From: Candidatus Vogelbacteria bacterium
Lineage (GTDB): Bacteria > Patescibacteriota > Minisyncoccia > Phycocordibacterales > UBA12445
Assembly (NCBI GenBank): GCA_016201465.1
Contig: JACQCV010000021.1
Span: 1 to 42,487, forward strand
Direction: 5' to 3'
DNA: 42,487 nt
Shown one piece after another: positions 8,830 to 18,972 of the stretch. Both the position numbers and the translations under genes were made by a program. How positions within the stretch are numbered: the stretch's first letter is position 1; each line of letters begins with the position of its first letter. Below the pieces are notes generated by a model that was not told the origin of the DNA, did no database searches, and saw nothing but the letters and a program-made list of their open reading frames with translations.

Positions 8830-9984
8830 ATGGAATATGATTTCTTAATTATTGGTTCAAGTGGTATGCAGGGGAGGATTGTGGTGCGTGATCTTTTGGA
8901 ATCCGGATTCAAGGTTTATTGCGCAGACCTCTATCGTGATGGTTCAGAAAAGAATTTGGTTGAGCATCCTGGAACACCCTTTGAGTTTATTGATTTGAGG
9001 AAATTTGAAGAACTTAAAAGTTTCATAAAGAAAATCGTCGCCAGAGTGGTTATAAATTGCGCCGAAGGAGATTGGAATCATGACGTTTATCGTGTCTGCC
9101 TAGAGGAAAAACGTCATGTCATCGATTTGGGATCAGACATTCCGGTTACAAAAGCTCAGCTCGCTATGAGTAAAGCATTTAAAGACGCTGACCGTGTAGC
9201 GATAACTGGCTGTGGATCGACTCCGGGTATTAATAACGTAATGATGAAGCACGCTTCCCAATTCTTTAATAAGATCGATACGATTGAAATAGGTTTCGCT
9301 TGGGATTCGAATGTGAAAAAATTTGTCGTTCCGTTTTCGGTGGAGAGTATTATAGAAGAGTTGACAGATTTGGCGCCTGTTTATGAAGCTTCACAGTGGA
9401 TAGATAGGGTGCCGGCTGAGACCGAAGTGACTAGGGAGTTCCGGGAAATTGGTTCACAGAAATGCTATTTGGTGAGACATCCTGAAACATACACTTTCAC
9501 TCAAGATTATAAAGATTTTGAGCCTAAAAATATTAGGTTTTATGCTGGGTTTCCGGATCATTCTTTAGAGGTCTTGAGGAAGATTATTGAACTAGGCTTC
9601 GGAGCCAAGGGGCTATTGAATTTTGAAAAGACGGAAATAAGACCAATTGATGCTGTATCAAGAATCTTAACTAGATTACCAAAACCGGATAATTACACTG
9701 AGAAGGAAAATCTCTGGGTGGAGGTGTCTGGAAAGGGTAAGGATGATGGAATTAAGATTGTTCGCATGGAGTGTATTGTGATGACACTTCCAGGCTGGGG
9801 TGACGCTGGTTGTAATATTGATACTGGTTTGCCCGCTTCGATAATAGCACAAATGATCCTCGATGAGAGGATTTTCGCTCGCGGTAGCTTCGCGCCAGAT
9901 ATGGCTGTTCCGACTGATGAATTTTTTAAGGAATTGAAGAAAAAGGGAATGACTGTTTATCAGGACGGTAACTCAATAAATTAG
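8830..9984 (+). CDS. Saccharopine dehydrogenase family oxidoreductase
   Basis: Rossmann IIGSSGMQG, GCGSTPGINN, FSVESIIEE, HPET, TGLPASI. Confidence 0.88.
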   Translation: MEYDFLIIGSSGMQGRIVVRDLLESGFKVYCADLYRDGSEKNLVEHPGTPFEFIDLRKFEELKSFIKKIVARVVINCAEGDWNHDVYRVCLEEKRHVIDLGSDIPVTKAQLAMSKAFKDADRVAITGCGSTPGINNVMMKHASQFFNKIDTIEIGFAWDSNVKKFVVPFSVESIIEELTDLAPVYEASQWIDRVPAETEVTREFREIGSQKCYLVRHPETYTFTQDYKDFEPKNIRFYAGFPDHSLEVLRKIIELGFGAKGLLNFEKTEIRPIDAVSRILTRLPKPDNYTEKENLWVEVSGKGKDDGIKIVRMECIVMTLPGWGDAGCNIDTGLPASIIAQMILDERIFARGSFAPDMAVPTDEFFKELKKKGMTVYQDGNSIN

Positions 9985-10602
9985 ATGTGTTATTCAGCCG
10001 GGGCAAGCCTAGTGGCTAGTGGGGGATTGGCTACAATAGGTATCGCAACTTATCGCGCAGCGGATAAGAAGCATAAGATGCTTGCTGCAATTCCAATTAT
10101 TTTTGCTGTGCAGCAGGCATTTGAAGGTTTTCAGTGGATTTCTCTGGGTGTCGGTAAACCGAGCATGATCGCGGCTTACAGTTTCCTCTTTTTTGCTTTT
10201 TTATTTTGGCCGGTGTATATGCCCTACACGATTTTCAAACTTGATCCAAAAAGGCGGAAAATATTAAAATGGTTAGTTGGTTTTGGTATAGCTGTCGCGT
10301 TAATTTTTCTTTTGTCACTTTTATATTTACCACTATCTGTGTATCCACGGGGGGGCAGTATTTGTTACGATATTAATGTTCCATTTAGTCAGTTACTCGT
10401 TGCCTTCTACGTCTTTGTAACCTGCGGGGTTCTCTTGTTCTCTAGTAATAAAGTTTTTAATTGGTTTGGGGTTTTACTCCTATTGTCGGCGGTTATTTCA
10501 GAAATTTTCTTTTTTTACACATTCACATCGGTCTGGTGTTTCTTTGCGGCCATGTTGAGTTCTCTCGTATATTTCTATATTAGGCACCTTAAGATGTATT
10601 AA
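9985..10602 (+). CDS. Multi-pass membrane protein (DUF6629-like)
   Basis: MCYSAGAS, FAVQQAFEG, SVWCFFAA; about 7 hydrophobic segments. Confidence 0.7.
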   Translation: MCYSAGASLVASGGLATIGIATYRAADKKHKMLAAIPIIFAVQQAFEGFQWISLGVGKPSMIAAYSFLFFAFLFWPVYMPYTIFKLDPKRRKILKWLVGFGIAVALIFLLSLLYLPLSVYPRGGSICYDINVPFSQLLVAFYVFVTCGVLLFSSNKVFNWFGVLLLLSAVISEIFFFYTFTSVWCFFAAMLSSLVYFYIRHLKMY

Positions 10603-10606
10603 TAGT

Positions 10607-11044
10607 ATGCCCAAACAAAAACTTGTCACAATTGGAAATGAAAACATTTGTCCTGTGGCCGTTATAATTAGGGGCGGCAAGATCCTGTTGGGATTGAGAC
10701 ATTATACTAAAGATAAGTGGAAGCTAATTTCTGTATGGACGACACCGGGTGGAAGATGCAACACAAATGAGTCTCTAGGGTCTGCGCTTCATAGAGAAGT
10801 TAAAGAAGAAATTGGAGTTGATGATCTGGAAATTATAGAATATTTAGGCGAAGTACCTGGGGCGAAATATAGTAACGATCATTCAGATATCGTTCCACTT
10901 TTTTTATGCAAGACCAATCAGGAGCCTAAGCTAATGGAGCCTCAGAAGTTTTCGGAGTGGCGTTGGTTCGCTCCGCTTGATATTCCGGATAATTTTATCA
11001 ATCCCGCGGCGCTTGAAATCATAAAAGAGAAGGTATTTGATTAA
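10607..11044 (+). CDS. NUDIX hydrolase
   Basis: Nudix box GGRCNTNESLGSALHREVKEEIG; EPQKFSEWRWF. Confidence 0.92.
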   Translation: MPKQKLVTIGNENICPVAVIIRGGKILLGLRHYTKDKWKLISVWTTPGGRCNTNESLGSALHREVKEEIGVDDLEIIEYLGEVPGAKYSNDHSDIVPLFLCKTNQEPKLMEPQKFSEWRWFAPLDIPDNFINPAALEIIKEKVFD

Positions 11045-11141
11045 GTTTGAAATCACAGACTTCTTCTTCATGTTAACGGTGAGGGGAAACTCTCTGTGGG
11101 CATTGTTGTTTTTGTGACGAAGTTTTGATATTGTCAAACGA

Positions 11142-12146
11142 ATGGTAAAAGGATTCTGGGAAAAAATACAAAAACCTATTTTTGCTCTTGCGCCAATGGC
11201 AGATGTTACCGACGCGGCTTTTAGGCAGATCATAGCTAAGTATGGCAAGCCAGATGTTATGTGGACTGAGTTTGTGTCATGTGACGGTTTGTGTTCTATG
11301 GGGAAGGATAAACTGTTGAAGGATTTGTGGTATACCGAGGCTGAGCGTCCAATCGTGGCACAATTTTTTGGTTCGAAGCCCGAGAATTTTTATAGATGTG
11401 CAAAATTGGCGATCGAGCTTGGATTTGATGGTATTGATATCAACATGGGTTGTCCAGATCGCTCAATAAATAATCAGATGGCCGGAGCAGATCTGATAAA
11501 TAACCCAGAGCTCGCCAAAATGATTATTCGTGAGACAAAGAGAGGTGCGGGTAACTTACCTGTGTCCATCAAAACTCGCGTTGGGTATAATAAAGAAAAT
11601 CTAGATGAATGGCTTAAGAATTTACTCGAAGAGAAGCCAGCTGCGATAACTATTCATGCGCGAACCAAAAAAGAATTATCTCTTGTGCCCGCCCGCTGGG
11701 AATTAGTTGCTCGTGCAAAAGAAATAGCAAAAGGAACAGGGACTTTGATATTAGGAAACGGAGATGTAAAATATTTACGCGATGCACAAAATAAAATTTC
11801 CCAAACCGGCGCCGACGGAGCAATGCTCGGACGTGCTGTTTTTGGTGATCCATGGCTCTTTAGTGGTTTTAATCGAGAAAAAGCACTTCAAAAGTTTACT
11901 AATAGTGAGACGTCCATTTTTATCGACAAGAAGTCGACACTTACATTAAGTCAAAGGCTAAAGGTTATGCTTGAGCACGCAGAACTATTTGATGAACTCT
12001 TTGCTGGTATCAAGAACTTCGCGTTAATGCGTAAGCATTTCGGATCTTATGTTGGGGGATTTCCCGGAGCTAAAGAGCTTCGAGTCAAATTGATGGAAGC
12101 TGAAAATTCGAAGCAGGTAGGGAAGATTGTGAGACCGTTGTTGTAA
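11142..12146 (+). CDS. dus: tRNA-dihydrouridine synthase
   Basis: LAPMADVTD, IDINMGCP, VSIKTRVG, IHART, GNGDV, MLGRA. Confidence 0.95.
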   Translation: MVKGFWEKIQKPIFALAPMADVTDAAFRQIIAKYGKPDVMWTEFVSCDGLCSMGKDKLLKDLWYTEAERPIVAQFFGSKPENFYRCAKLAIELGFDGIDINMGCPDRSINNQMAGADLINNPELAKMIIRETKRGAGNLPVSIKTRVGYNKENLDEWLKNLLEEKPAAITIHARTKKELSLVPARWELVARAKEIAKGTGTLILGNGDVKYLRDAQNKISQTGADGAMLGRAVFGDPWLFSGFNREKALQKFTNSETSIFIDKKSTLTLSQRLKVMLEHAELFDELFAGIKNFALMRKHFGSYVGGFPGAKELRVKLMEAENSKQVGKIVRPLL

Positions 12147-12174
12147 TATCTTAATTTAGTCTGCGCTGTAACCT

Positions 12175-12202
12175 TTGACATCTGTAAAGATATGTGTATA
12201 AT
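12175..12202 (+). promoter_or_regulatory. Consensus sigma70 promoter
   Basis: TTGACA-16 nt-TATAAT upstream of the 12257 gene. Confidence 0.75.
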
Positions 12203-12256
12203 TTCTTTTGAACTGTACTTTAATTGGTAATGGCCATTGGCCAAGGAGAGTGGTTT

Positions 12257-12862
12257 ATGCCTACGGGATACACTTCGGATATTTGTTACGGGGAAAAGGG
12301 TGTTTCATTTCAGAAGTTTATTTTAACTTGTGCTCGAAATTTTGGAGCCACGATTACAATGCGTGATGAGCCGCTCGATGCTCTAATCCCAGAGGAATTC
12401 AAGCCAGATGATTATAATCACGAGCGGTTGATTCAAGCCAAGGCAAATCTGACTCGTGCTCTTAATATGAGCGATCGTCAAGTTCTTGCGGCCTCGGTCA
12501 AGACTTATAAAGATTCATGTAAGTCTTATTTGGAATCTCTCACCAAGTCGCGAGCGCTTCGTTCTCGCTACGAGACAATGTTGGCTCAGGTGAGAGCTTG
12601 GACTCCGCCATCCACCGACCATTATGGATTGAAGGATTTTATGGTTGAGCAACTGACGATGAGTATTGATCACGACTGCTCGACTTATCCACGACGATGG
12701 CCCAGACAGAAGTCTGTAACTGGCTATCGGAAGCAGATCGTGAAGAGTGCAAAGTGGGATATTGCATATCATTCTAAGGGGTGGGCGGAAGAGATTGATC
12801 GTGCCGAGAAGCGCACAACGTGGATTAAGCAGCTTCGTGAAAGTTTGCGGAATCTAAGTTAG
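12257..12862 (+). CDS. Hypothetical protein, phage-like (MPTGYT.. family)
   Basis: SD AAGGAG before ATG 12257. MPTGYT..F..CARNFGA..MRDEP..W.PPS.DH..LK.FM..QL..SI..DC resembles an uncharacterised family I recall from phage genomes. Confidence 0.65.
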   Translation: MPTGYTSDICYGEKGVSFQKFILTCARNFGATITMRDEPLDALIPEEFKPDDYNHERLIQAKANLTRALNMSDRQVLAASVKTYKDSCKSYLESLTKSRALRSRYETMLAQVRAWTPPSTDHYGLKDFMVEQLTMSIDHDCSTYPRRWPRQKSVTGYRKQIVKSAKWDIAYHSKGWAEEIDRAEKRTTWIKQLRESLRNLS

Positions 12863-12880
12863 AATAGTAGACAGTTTTGT

Positions 12881-12906
12881 GCGTGCTACAAGGTAGCACG
12901 CTTTTT
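12881..12906 (+). terminator. Intrinsic terminator
   Basis: GCGTGCTAC-aag-GTAGCACGC-TTTTT. Confidence 0.85.
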
Positions 12907-12980
12907 ATATTTGATGTTGACTAATTAGACAGATTGATTATTCTGAATGAATAATTTGTTCGTTGAAAAAGGAGGAGAAA

Positions 12981-13499
12981 GTGAAGATTCCTGAGAGCAT
13001 TATTACAAAGTTGGATAATTTGGAGCGAAAGAAAAAGGATAGACGAAACAGAGATAGGCTAGCCAAGGAAGAGGAAAAGACGGCCGTGGATGCGCTTAAG
13101 CGACTCAAGAAAGATCGAGCAATTGAACTTCAATCTGCCGCCAGTTCAGTTGCTGCATGGATTGGTCTATTTTATCAAAATCCCATTGGCAAGAGATTGC
13201 TCAAGGCCGTTGGCTCTTTAAAGATTTTTTGTGCCGCGTACTGGCTTGGAATGCCTGTCCCAGAGGCGTACACTACAACGTTTGCAGTGATTAGTTTAGA
13301 TGCCAAGGGTAATGTCAGTTATGGAGAGAGGTATAAGGGGATGCCGGTGCATGAAACATTTTTGGACATGAATCCGGTTAATCCCGCGGTTCTTGTTGAG
13401 GCCCTACATCCAGACTATTTGGTTGCACTTGCTGACCACCTGGTGTCTGGTGTTGTGTGGGAATATATCGAAAACTTTTTGCCTAAAGAAATTTATTAA
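12981..13499 (+). CDS. Hypothetical protein
   Basis: SD AGGAGG before GTG 12981; promoter TTGACT-16-TATTCT at 12917-12944. Confidence 0.7.
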   Translation: MKIPESIITKLDNLERKKKDRRNRDRLAKEEEKTAVDALKRLKKDRAIELQSAASSVAAWIGLFYQNPIGKRLLKAVGSLKIFCAAYWLGMPVPEAYTTTFAVISLDAKGNVSYGERYKGMPVHETFLDMNPVNPAVLVEALHPDYLVALADHLVSGVVWEYIENFLPKEIY

Positions 13500-13951
13500 T
13501 GGAGGTGAATGAGGTGGTAAATGAGAAGAATCGTTTTGTCTGCACCATGATTGACCCTATGGGTCCAATCAGGTGGCTTGATAATAATAGGATAATAGGA
13601 CGCCAGAATTTTGGTGAAAGAAATAATTTAGTGATCATCGAGTTTGTAAACGGTAGTGAGGTTGGTGTCTGTATCTCTGTCGGATTCAATAGTGCCATCA
13701 ACGAAATTGAAGTTTTTAATAGTGGTGGCTCAGTTAAGGTAACATCGAATTGTGATGAGAAGATTAACATCCTTGATCTCGCCGCTAGAGAGATTGTTAG
13801 TTCTTGTGATTACGGTGAATTTTCAGTACGGAGATTGCTTGGCGGCCTGGCTGTAACTTCTTTGGACGAATCACCAGATGGAAGCAAATTTATCAAGAGA
13901 GTGATGATGGTAAACCCTCTTGAGATGCATCTAGAGATAGTCGAAAAATAA
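13499..13951 (+). CDS. Hypothetical protein
   Basis: TAATG overlap with the previous gene. GGAGGTGA supports an alternative start at GTG 13514. Confidence 0.65.
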   Translation: MEVNEVVNEKNRFVCTMIDPMGPIRWLDNNRIIGRQNFGERNNLVIIEFVNGSEVGVCISVGFNSAINEIEVFNSGGSVKVTSNCDEKINILDLAAREIVSSCDYGEFSVRRLLGGLAVTSLDESPDGSKFIKRVMMVNPLEMHLEIVEK

Positions 13952-13979
13952 GGCGAAATCTAACACATATTGAGATATA

Positions 13980-14012
13980 CTCTCCCGGCTTTGACCAGGG
14001 GAGTTTTTTTTG
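13980..14012 (+). terminator. Intrinsic terminator
   Basis: CTCTCCCGG-ctttga-CCAGGGGAG followed by a long T run. Confidence 0.7.
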
Positions 14013-14027
14013 TAATAATGTGGAGTA

Positions 14028-15368
14028 ATGTTTAATAAATTTAAAAAATATTTCCTACTGATTCTCTTTGTGTTGTTACCGATAATTTCATTTAATTTAG
14101 GAAAAGATATAGGTAGCAAGAGTCGAGAAGACGTAAACGCAGATAAAGTTACATATATAAGTAATAAGGATCCTTTACCTCAAGCGACGGCTGACTTTTC
14201 ATCATTCTGGAAGGTATGGAATATAATTAACGAGAGATTTGTTGATGTTCACGCCACGACCACAGCGTTATCGGCCACAACATCTAAAGATATTTCTGAT
14301 CAAAAAAAGGTGTACGGTGCAATTTCTGGACTGGTTAAATCTCTGGGTGATCCATATACAGTTTTTATGCCCCCAGATGAGGCGGCAGCCTTCCAGGGCG
14401 ATATTGATGGTAGTTTTCAAGGTGTTGGTATGGAAGTTGGTCTTAAGAATGATGTTCTGATAGTAATTTCTCCGCTTGAGGGTACTCCGGCCAAGATTGC
14501 GGGCATAAGGCCAGGCGACAAAATTGTTAAAATTGATAATAAAATTACAAGTGGCATGACCGTGGAAGAGGCTGTAAAATTGATTAGGGGTCCCAAGGGT
14601 ACAAAGGTCAGTTTGGCATTGCTACGTGAGGGGGAGTCAGATCTTCTTGATCTTAAAGTGACAAGGGATGTAATTAACATTCCAGTTCTTGATATTGGTG
14701 ATTCGAAGTCTGTGGACAAGGATGGAGCACTAAAGAATGGTAAGGGTGGAACAGTTAACGATCCAAACAACACCGGGCTTCGTAAGGATGGAGTATTTGT
14801 TATGAGATTATATAATTTTTCTGCTCCGTCACCTGAGTTGTTTAGACAGGCACTTCAAAAATTTGTAGCCACAGGATCAAATAAGCTTCTGTTAGATCTT
14901 AGGGGTAATCCTGGTGGATATTTAGAAGCTGCTGTGGAGATGGCAAGTTGGTTCCTCCCCTCCGGCAGGGTTGTTGTAAGTGAAGCCGTAAGTAAGGATG
15001 GCGAAATGAACAATCACAGAAGTAAGGGTTACAATATTTTTAATAGCAATCTTAAAATGGCTATACTTATAGATGGCGGCAGTGCGTCAGCTTCAGAAAT
15101 TTTGGCCGGCGCTTTGTCTGAGCATGGCATTGCCAAATTAATAGGTGGTCAGTCATTTGGTAAGGGCTCAGTACAAGAGCTGGTTCCTGTTACTTCAGAT
15201 ACTTTTGTCAAGGTAACAATCGCTAGATGGTTCACGCCTAATGGAAATTCTATCTCAGATCATGGACTTACACCGGACATTAAGGTGTCAATTTCAAAAG
15301 AAGATATTAAGGCCGGTAGGGACCCGCAGTTTGATCGTGCGATTAAATATTTATTAGAAGGTAAATAA
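14028..15368 (+). CDS. ctpA: S41A C-terminal processing peptidase (PDZ)
   Basis: LGDPYT, GVG PDZ motif, [25 protein letters not shown]-terminal TM helix. Confidence 0.93.
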   Translation: MFNKFKKYFLLILFVLLPIISFNLGKDIGSKSREDVNADKVTYISNKDPLPQATADFSSFWKVWNIINERFVDVHATTTALSATTSKDISDQKKVYGAISGLVKSLGDPYTVFMPPDEAAAFQGDIDGSFQGVGMEVGLKNDVLIVISPLEGTPAKIAGIRPGDKIVKIDNKITSGMTVEEAVKLIRGPKGTKVSLALLREGESDLLDLKVTRDVINIPVLDIGDSKSVDKDGALKNGKGGTVNDPNNTGLRKDGVFVMRLYNFSAPSPELFRQALQKFVATGSNKLLLDLRGNPGGYLEAAVEMASWFLPSGRVVVSEAVSKDGEMNNHRSKGYNIFNSNLKMAILIDGGSASASEILAGALSEHGIAKLIGGQSFGKGSVQELVPVTSDTFVKVTIARWFTPNGNSISDHGLTPDIKVSISKEDIKAGRDPQFDRAIKYLLEGK

Positions 15369-15373
15369 GCGAT

Positions 15374-15817
15374 ATGAAAGTAGTATTACTTAAGGATGTA
15401 CCAAAGGTTGGAAAGAAGTATGACATAAGAGAAGTTTCGGACGGATATGGGAGAAATTATCTCGTGAAGCTTGGGCTTGCTAAGTTAGCAACTGACAAAG
15501 CTCAGGAAGAAGTTAAAGAGTTTAAACAGAAGAACGTCGCTGTTAAACAGATGGAAGATGCCGAGATAGAAAAAGGTCTAGAAAAACTTTCGACAATAAA
15601 GATTATTATCAAGAGCAAATCCAATGAGGACGGACATCTTTTTGCGGGAATTAAGGCGGATGATCTTTCTTCTGCAATAAGGGATCAAACAAAGTTGATT
15701 GTTATGCCAGAGTTTATCAACCTAGAAAAACCGATCAAAATCATAGGCGAGCATATTATAAATGTTTCGATCGGTGATAAAAAAACGAAATTTAAACTTC
15801 GCGTTGAAAAAGATTAG
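15374..15817 (+). CDS. rplI: 50S ribosomal protein L9
   Basis: [19 protein letters not shown]; GHLFAGI. Confidence 0.95.
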   Translation: MKVVLLKDVPKVGKKYDIREVSDGYGRNYLVKLGLAKLATDKAQEEVKEFKQKNVAVKQMEDAEIEKGLEKLSTIKIIIKSKSNEDGHLFAGIKADDLSSAIRDQTKLIVMPEFINLEKPIKIIGEHIINVSIGDKKTKFKLRVEKD

Positions 15818-16086
15818 ATAATTTTTACGATGGTCTTTTTTGTTGTTACACCATTGAAGCTGGTTTTCCTCGCGGTGCTAAATTTTACAGTACCAGCTTT
15901 CTTTGCGAATAGGGTGTGGTCTCTACCAGCTTTTACATTATTACCAGCCAAGATTACGGTTCCACGTTGTCTAACAATTATTGAACCAGCTTTGGCCTGT
16001 TCTCCATCGTGAAGTTTTGTTCCCAGATATTGTGGTCCAGAATCCTTTAAGTTTTTCGCCGAACCACCTGCTTTTTTGTGTGCCAT
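15814..16086 (-). CDS. rpmA: 50S ribosomal protein L27
   Basis: [32 protein letters not shown]. Confidence 0.97.
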   Translation of the reverse strand: MAHKKAGGSAKNLKDSGPQYLGTKLHDGEQAKAGSIIVRQRGTVILAGNNVKAGRDHTLFAKKAGTVKFSTARKTSFNGVTTKKTIVKII

Positions 16087-16122
16087 GTTAAATTAATTAA
16101 TTATCTGTTATTGTAAGTAACA

Positions 16123-16497
16123 ATGAGTCTAAAATATTTTAAGGAAAAAATCAAGAGCAACCATGCGCATATATTTTTTTGTGCTGCCTTCATAATTGTC
16201 GGCCTTTTGGGCTTTGGACTGGGAAGATTATCTAAGATTGAAGATGGTAGACCACCAGTTATTATAAGGGGGGAGGAGTTGGGTGAAAAAAAGAGCGTTT
16301 CGCAACCTCAAAATATAGATAATTTAAAAATAACAAATCAAAGTCAGTACATTGCCTCGAAGACTGGTAATTCTTACTATTTACCGTGGTGTGTGGGGGC
16401 AGGTAAGATCAAAGATATCAATAAAATATGGTTTAAAACCAAAGAGGAGGCTGAGGGTGCGGGATACAAAAAGGCCTCGAACTGTAGGGGGATATAA
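16123..16497 (+). CDS. Membrane-anchored protein with C-terminal Ada metal-binding-like domain
   Basis: TM helix ending FGLGRLS; ASKTGNSYYLPWC..WF..EEAE..GY..NC. Confidence 0.7.
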   Translation: MSLKYFKEKIKSNHAHIFFCAAFIIVGLLGFGLGRLSKIEDGRPPVIIRGEELGEKKSVSQPQNIDNLKITNQSQYIASKTGNSYYLPWCVGAGKIKDINKIWFKTKEEAEGAGYKKASNCRGI

Positions 16498-16611
16498 ACA
16501 GATACACACAGTTGGGGTTGATTAATTTATGAATAGGAGATATAATAGACGTAGTTTTTGTTAAAGGTCGGTCGATCTTTAATCTTATTAATTTATGTGG
16601 AAGTCCAAAAA

Positions 16612-16794
16612 ATGAGTAATAAAACAGTTTGGGTTGTGATCGTAATTTTGGTGCTTGCCGGTTTGTGGTACTGGTCTCAGCCAGCCGCTGCTCCAGTTGC
16701 ACCAGCTCCTGCTCCTGTAGTAGATACTACATCAGCTCCTGCTGCCCCAGCCGCTCCGGTAGCTCCCGCTGCTCCTGCAGCCCCAGTTAAATAG
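16612..16794 (+). CDS. Small membrane-anchored Ala/Pro-rich protein
   Basis: N-terminal TM helix and PAAPA repeats. Promoter TTGATT-17-TATAAT upstream and terminator at 16818-16845. Confidence 0.75.
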   Translation: MSNKTVWVVIVILVLAGLWYWSQPAAAPVAPAPAPVVDTTSAPAAPAAPVAPAAPAAPVK

Positions 16795-16817
16795 AATTTT
16801 CTATTAAGACTGACAAT

Positions 16818-16845
16818 GCACTCCGAATTAAATCGGGGTGTTTTT
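16818..16845 (+). terminator. Intrinsic terminator
   Basis: GCACTCCGA-attaaa-TCGGGGTGT-TTTT. Confidence 0.75.
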
Positions 16846-16882
16846 GTTGACCAATTTTGGTTAATAATGTTAAATGTAGGAG

Positions 16883-18937
16883 ATGAATAATTCATTTAGT
16901 ATTAAATCTGACTTCATACCAGCAGGCGATCAACCTAATGCGATTTCTGGATTGGTTTTGGGTCTGGGGCGTGGATTAAAGCATCAAACCCTTTTGGGTG
17001 TAACTGGTTCGGGCAAAACATTTACGATAGCAAATGTGGTGGCGGCCTTTCAGAAGCCAACATTGGTTATTGCTCACAACAAAACTCTGGCTGCCCAGCT
17101 TGCACAGGAATATAGAGAATTCTTTCCTAATAGTGCAGTACATTATTTTGTCTCCTACTATGATTACTATCAACCGGAGGCGTATATGCCTATTACGGAT
17201 ACTTATATAGAAAAGGATGCGCAAATAAACGAAGAGATAGATAGATTGCGACATGCCTCGACCCAGGCACTCCTCACACAGCGGGATGTTATAATTGTTG
17301 CATCGGTCTCCTGTATTTATGGTCTAGGAAGCCCTGAAGATTATGAAAATGAAAATTTGAAGATAAAAGTTGGGGATTTAGTTACTCGTCAGGATCTATT
17401 CAAAAAGTTAGTATCTATTCATTTTGAGAGAACAAATTCAGATTTGACACCCGGGAGTTTTAGATCACTCGGGAATAACGTGGAAATAATGCCAACCGGT
17501 GAAAAGGTATTACTCAATATAAGCCTCGAAATATCGGCCGACAATCGAAGTTATGTTTCTAATATTTTAAAGCTGGATCCGATCTCAATGAGCGTGCTCG
17601 ATAAGCCAGATTTCTTTTTTCTATTTCCGGCCAAACATTTTTTAACGAATAGTAGTAAAAAAAGAGCGGCGATTAAATCCATAAGAGCTGAGTTGGCGGC
17701 AAGGCTTCGTGAGTTGAAAAAGAGTGGAAAAATACTTGAGGCCGAAAGATTGAAGAGGCGTACGAGTTATGACTTGGCCATGATTAATGAAGTTGGTTAT
17801 TGCAGCGGCATAGAGAATTACTCGAGACATTTATCTATGCGACCGCAAGGTTCACCTCCAGACACCTTACTTTCTTATTTTCCACATAAGGCGGATGGCA
17901 GTCCAGATTTTTTGACTATTATAGATGAGTCACACGTCACTGTTCCACAGATAGGTGGTATGTACTCTGGTGATCAATCCAGAAAAAAAACTTTAATTGA
18001 GCATGGCTTCAGGTTACTATCAGCCCTTGATAATAGGCCACTTAAATTTGGTGAGTTTTCTGAACGAGTTGGGCAGGTCATTTATACATCTGCAACCCCG
18101 GGAGATTATGAGTTAGGGTTAAGCAAGCCGCCAAAAGGTCAAACTGTCGAGCAGATTATTAGACCGACGGGATTGGTAGATCCGGAAGTTATTATTAAAC
18201 CAATAGTCCCAAAAGACGGATATCAGGGTCAAATCAAAGACTTCATTGATGAGGTAAATAATACGATAAAAAAAGGCTTTCGAGTTATTGCCACAACCTT
18301 AACCAAAAAGATGGCTGAAGAGCTGTCTATTTATTTGAAGGAGAGGGGGGTCAATGCGGAATATTTACATAGTGATATTAAAACGATTGAGAGGATCACT
18401 ATTCTTTCGGATTTTCGAAAAGGTAAATTCGATTGCATTGTTGGTGTTAACCTTTTGCGTGAGGGTCTAGATCTTCCTGAAGTCGCTTTAATTGGAATTT
18501 TAGATGCAGACAAGGAGGGGTTCTTGAGGTCCGAAACAGCCTTGATTCAGACCATAGGTCGTGCCGCTCGAAATATTTATGGGCGTGTCATTTTGTATGC
18601 TGATCATATCACTGGCTCAATGAGGTCGGCGATTGACGAAACCAACAGAAGAAGAAAAATTCAGGCTGATTACAACACTAAACACAATATAACGCCGAAG
18701 ACAATAATTAAATCAATTAAGGATATTACAGAAAATATAGAGTCAAAACACTCAAAGACGGTGAGGGCACTTATTGAAATTGATAAGTTTGTCTACGCCA
18801 AAAACCCCAAGGCGTTAATAAAAGAAAAGGAGCGCCAGATGAATGATGCCGTTAAGGTACTCGATTTTGAAACCGCAGCGATTTTGAGGGACGAAATAAA
18901 AGAATTGACGAAACTAGACAATTCTGGCAGCCTATAG
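16883..18937 (+). CDS. uvrB: Excinuclease ABC subunit B
   Basis: GVTGSGKT, FVSYYDYYQPEAY, DESH, NLLREGLDLPEV, QTIGRAARN, C-terminal UVR domain. Confidence 0.98.
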   Translation: MNNSFSIKSDFIPAGDQPNAISGLVLGLGRGLKHQTLLGVTGSGKTFTIANVVAAFQKPTLVIAHNKTLAAQLAQEYREFFPNSAVHYFVSYYDYYQPEAYMPITDTYIEKDAQINEEIDRLRHASTQALLTQRDVIIVASVSCIYGLGSPEDYENENLKIKVGDLVTRQDLFKKLVSIHFERTNSDLTPGSFRSLGNNVEIMPTGEKVLLNISLEISADNRSYVSNILKLDPISMSVLDKPDFFFLFPAKHFLTNSSKKRAAIKSIRAELAARLRELKKSGKILEAERLKRRTSYDLAMINEVGYCSGIENYSRHLSMRPQGSPPDTLLSYFPHKADGSPDFLTIIDESHVTVPQIGGMYSGDQSRKKTLIEHGFRLLSALDNRPLKFGEFSERVGQVIYTSATPGDYELGLSKPPKGQTVEQIIRPTGLVDPEVIIKPIVPKDGYQGQIKDFIDEVNNTIKKGFRVIATTLTKKMAEELSIYLKERGVNAEYLHSDIKTIERITILSDFRKGKFDCIVGVNLLREGLDLPEVALIGILDADKEGFLRSETALIQTIGRAARNIYGRVILYADHITGSMRSAIDETNRRRKIQADYNTKHNITPKTIIKSIKDITENIESKHSKTVRALIEIDKFVYAKNPKALIKEKERQMNDAVKVLDFETAAILRDEIKELTKLDNSGSL

Positions 18938-18972
18938 AAAGATTAAATTAAGAAAGAAAAAGGAGGTTCTTT

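Noticed and set aside
11870-11940. Short insertion in dus with a weak inverted repeat (TCGAGAAAAA...TTTTTATCGA)
   Set aside because: Pairing is too short and AT-rich to call a palindromic element without an alignment.
15814-15817. Convergent overlap of rplI and rpmA stop codons
   Set aside because: Ordinary genome compaction.
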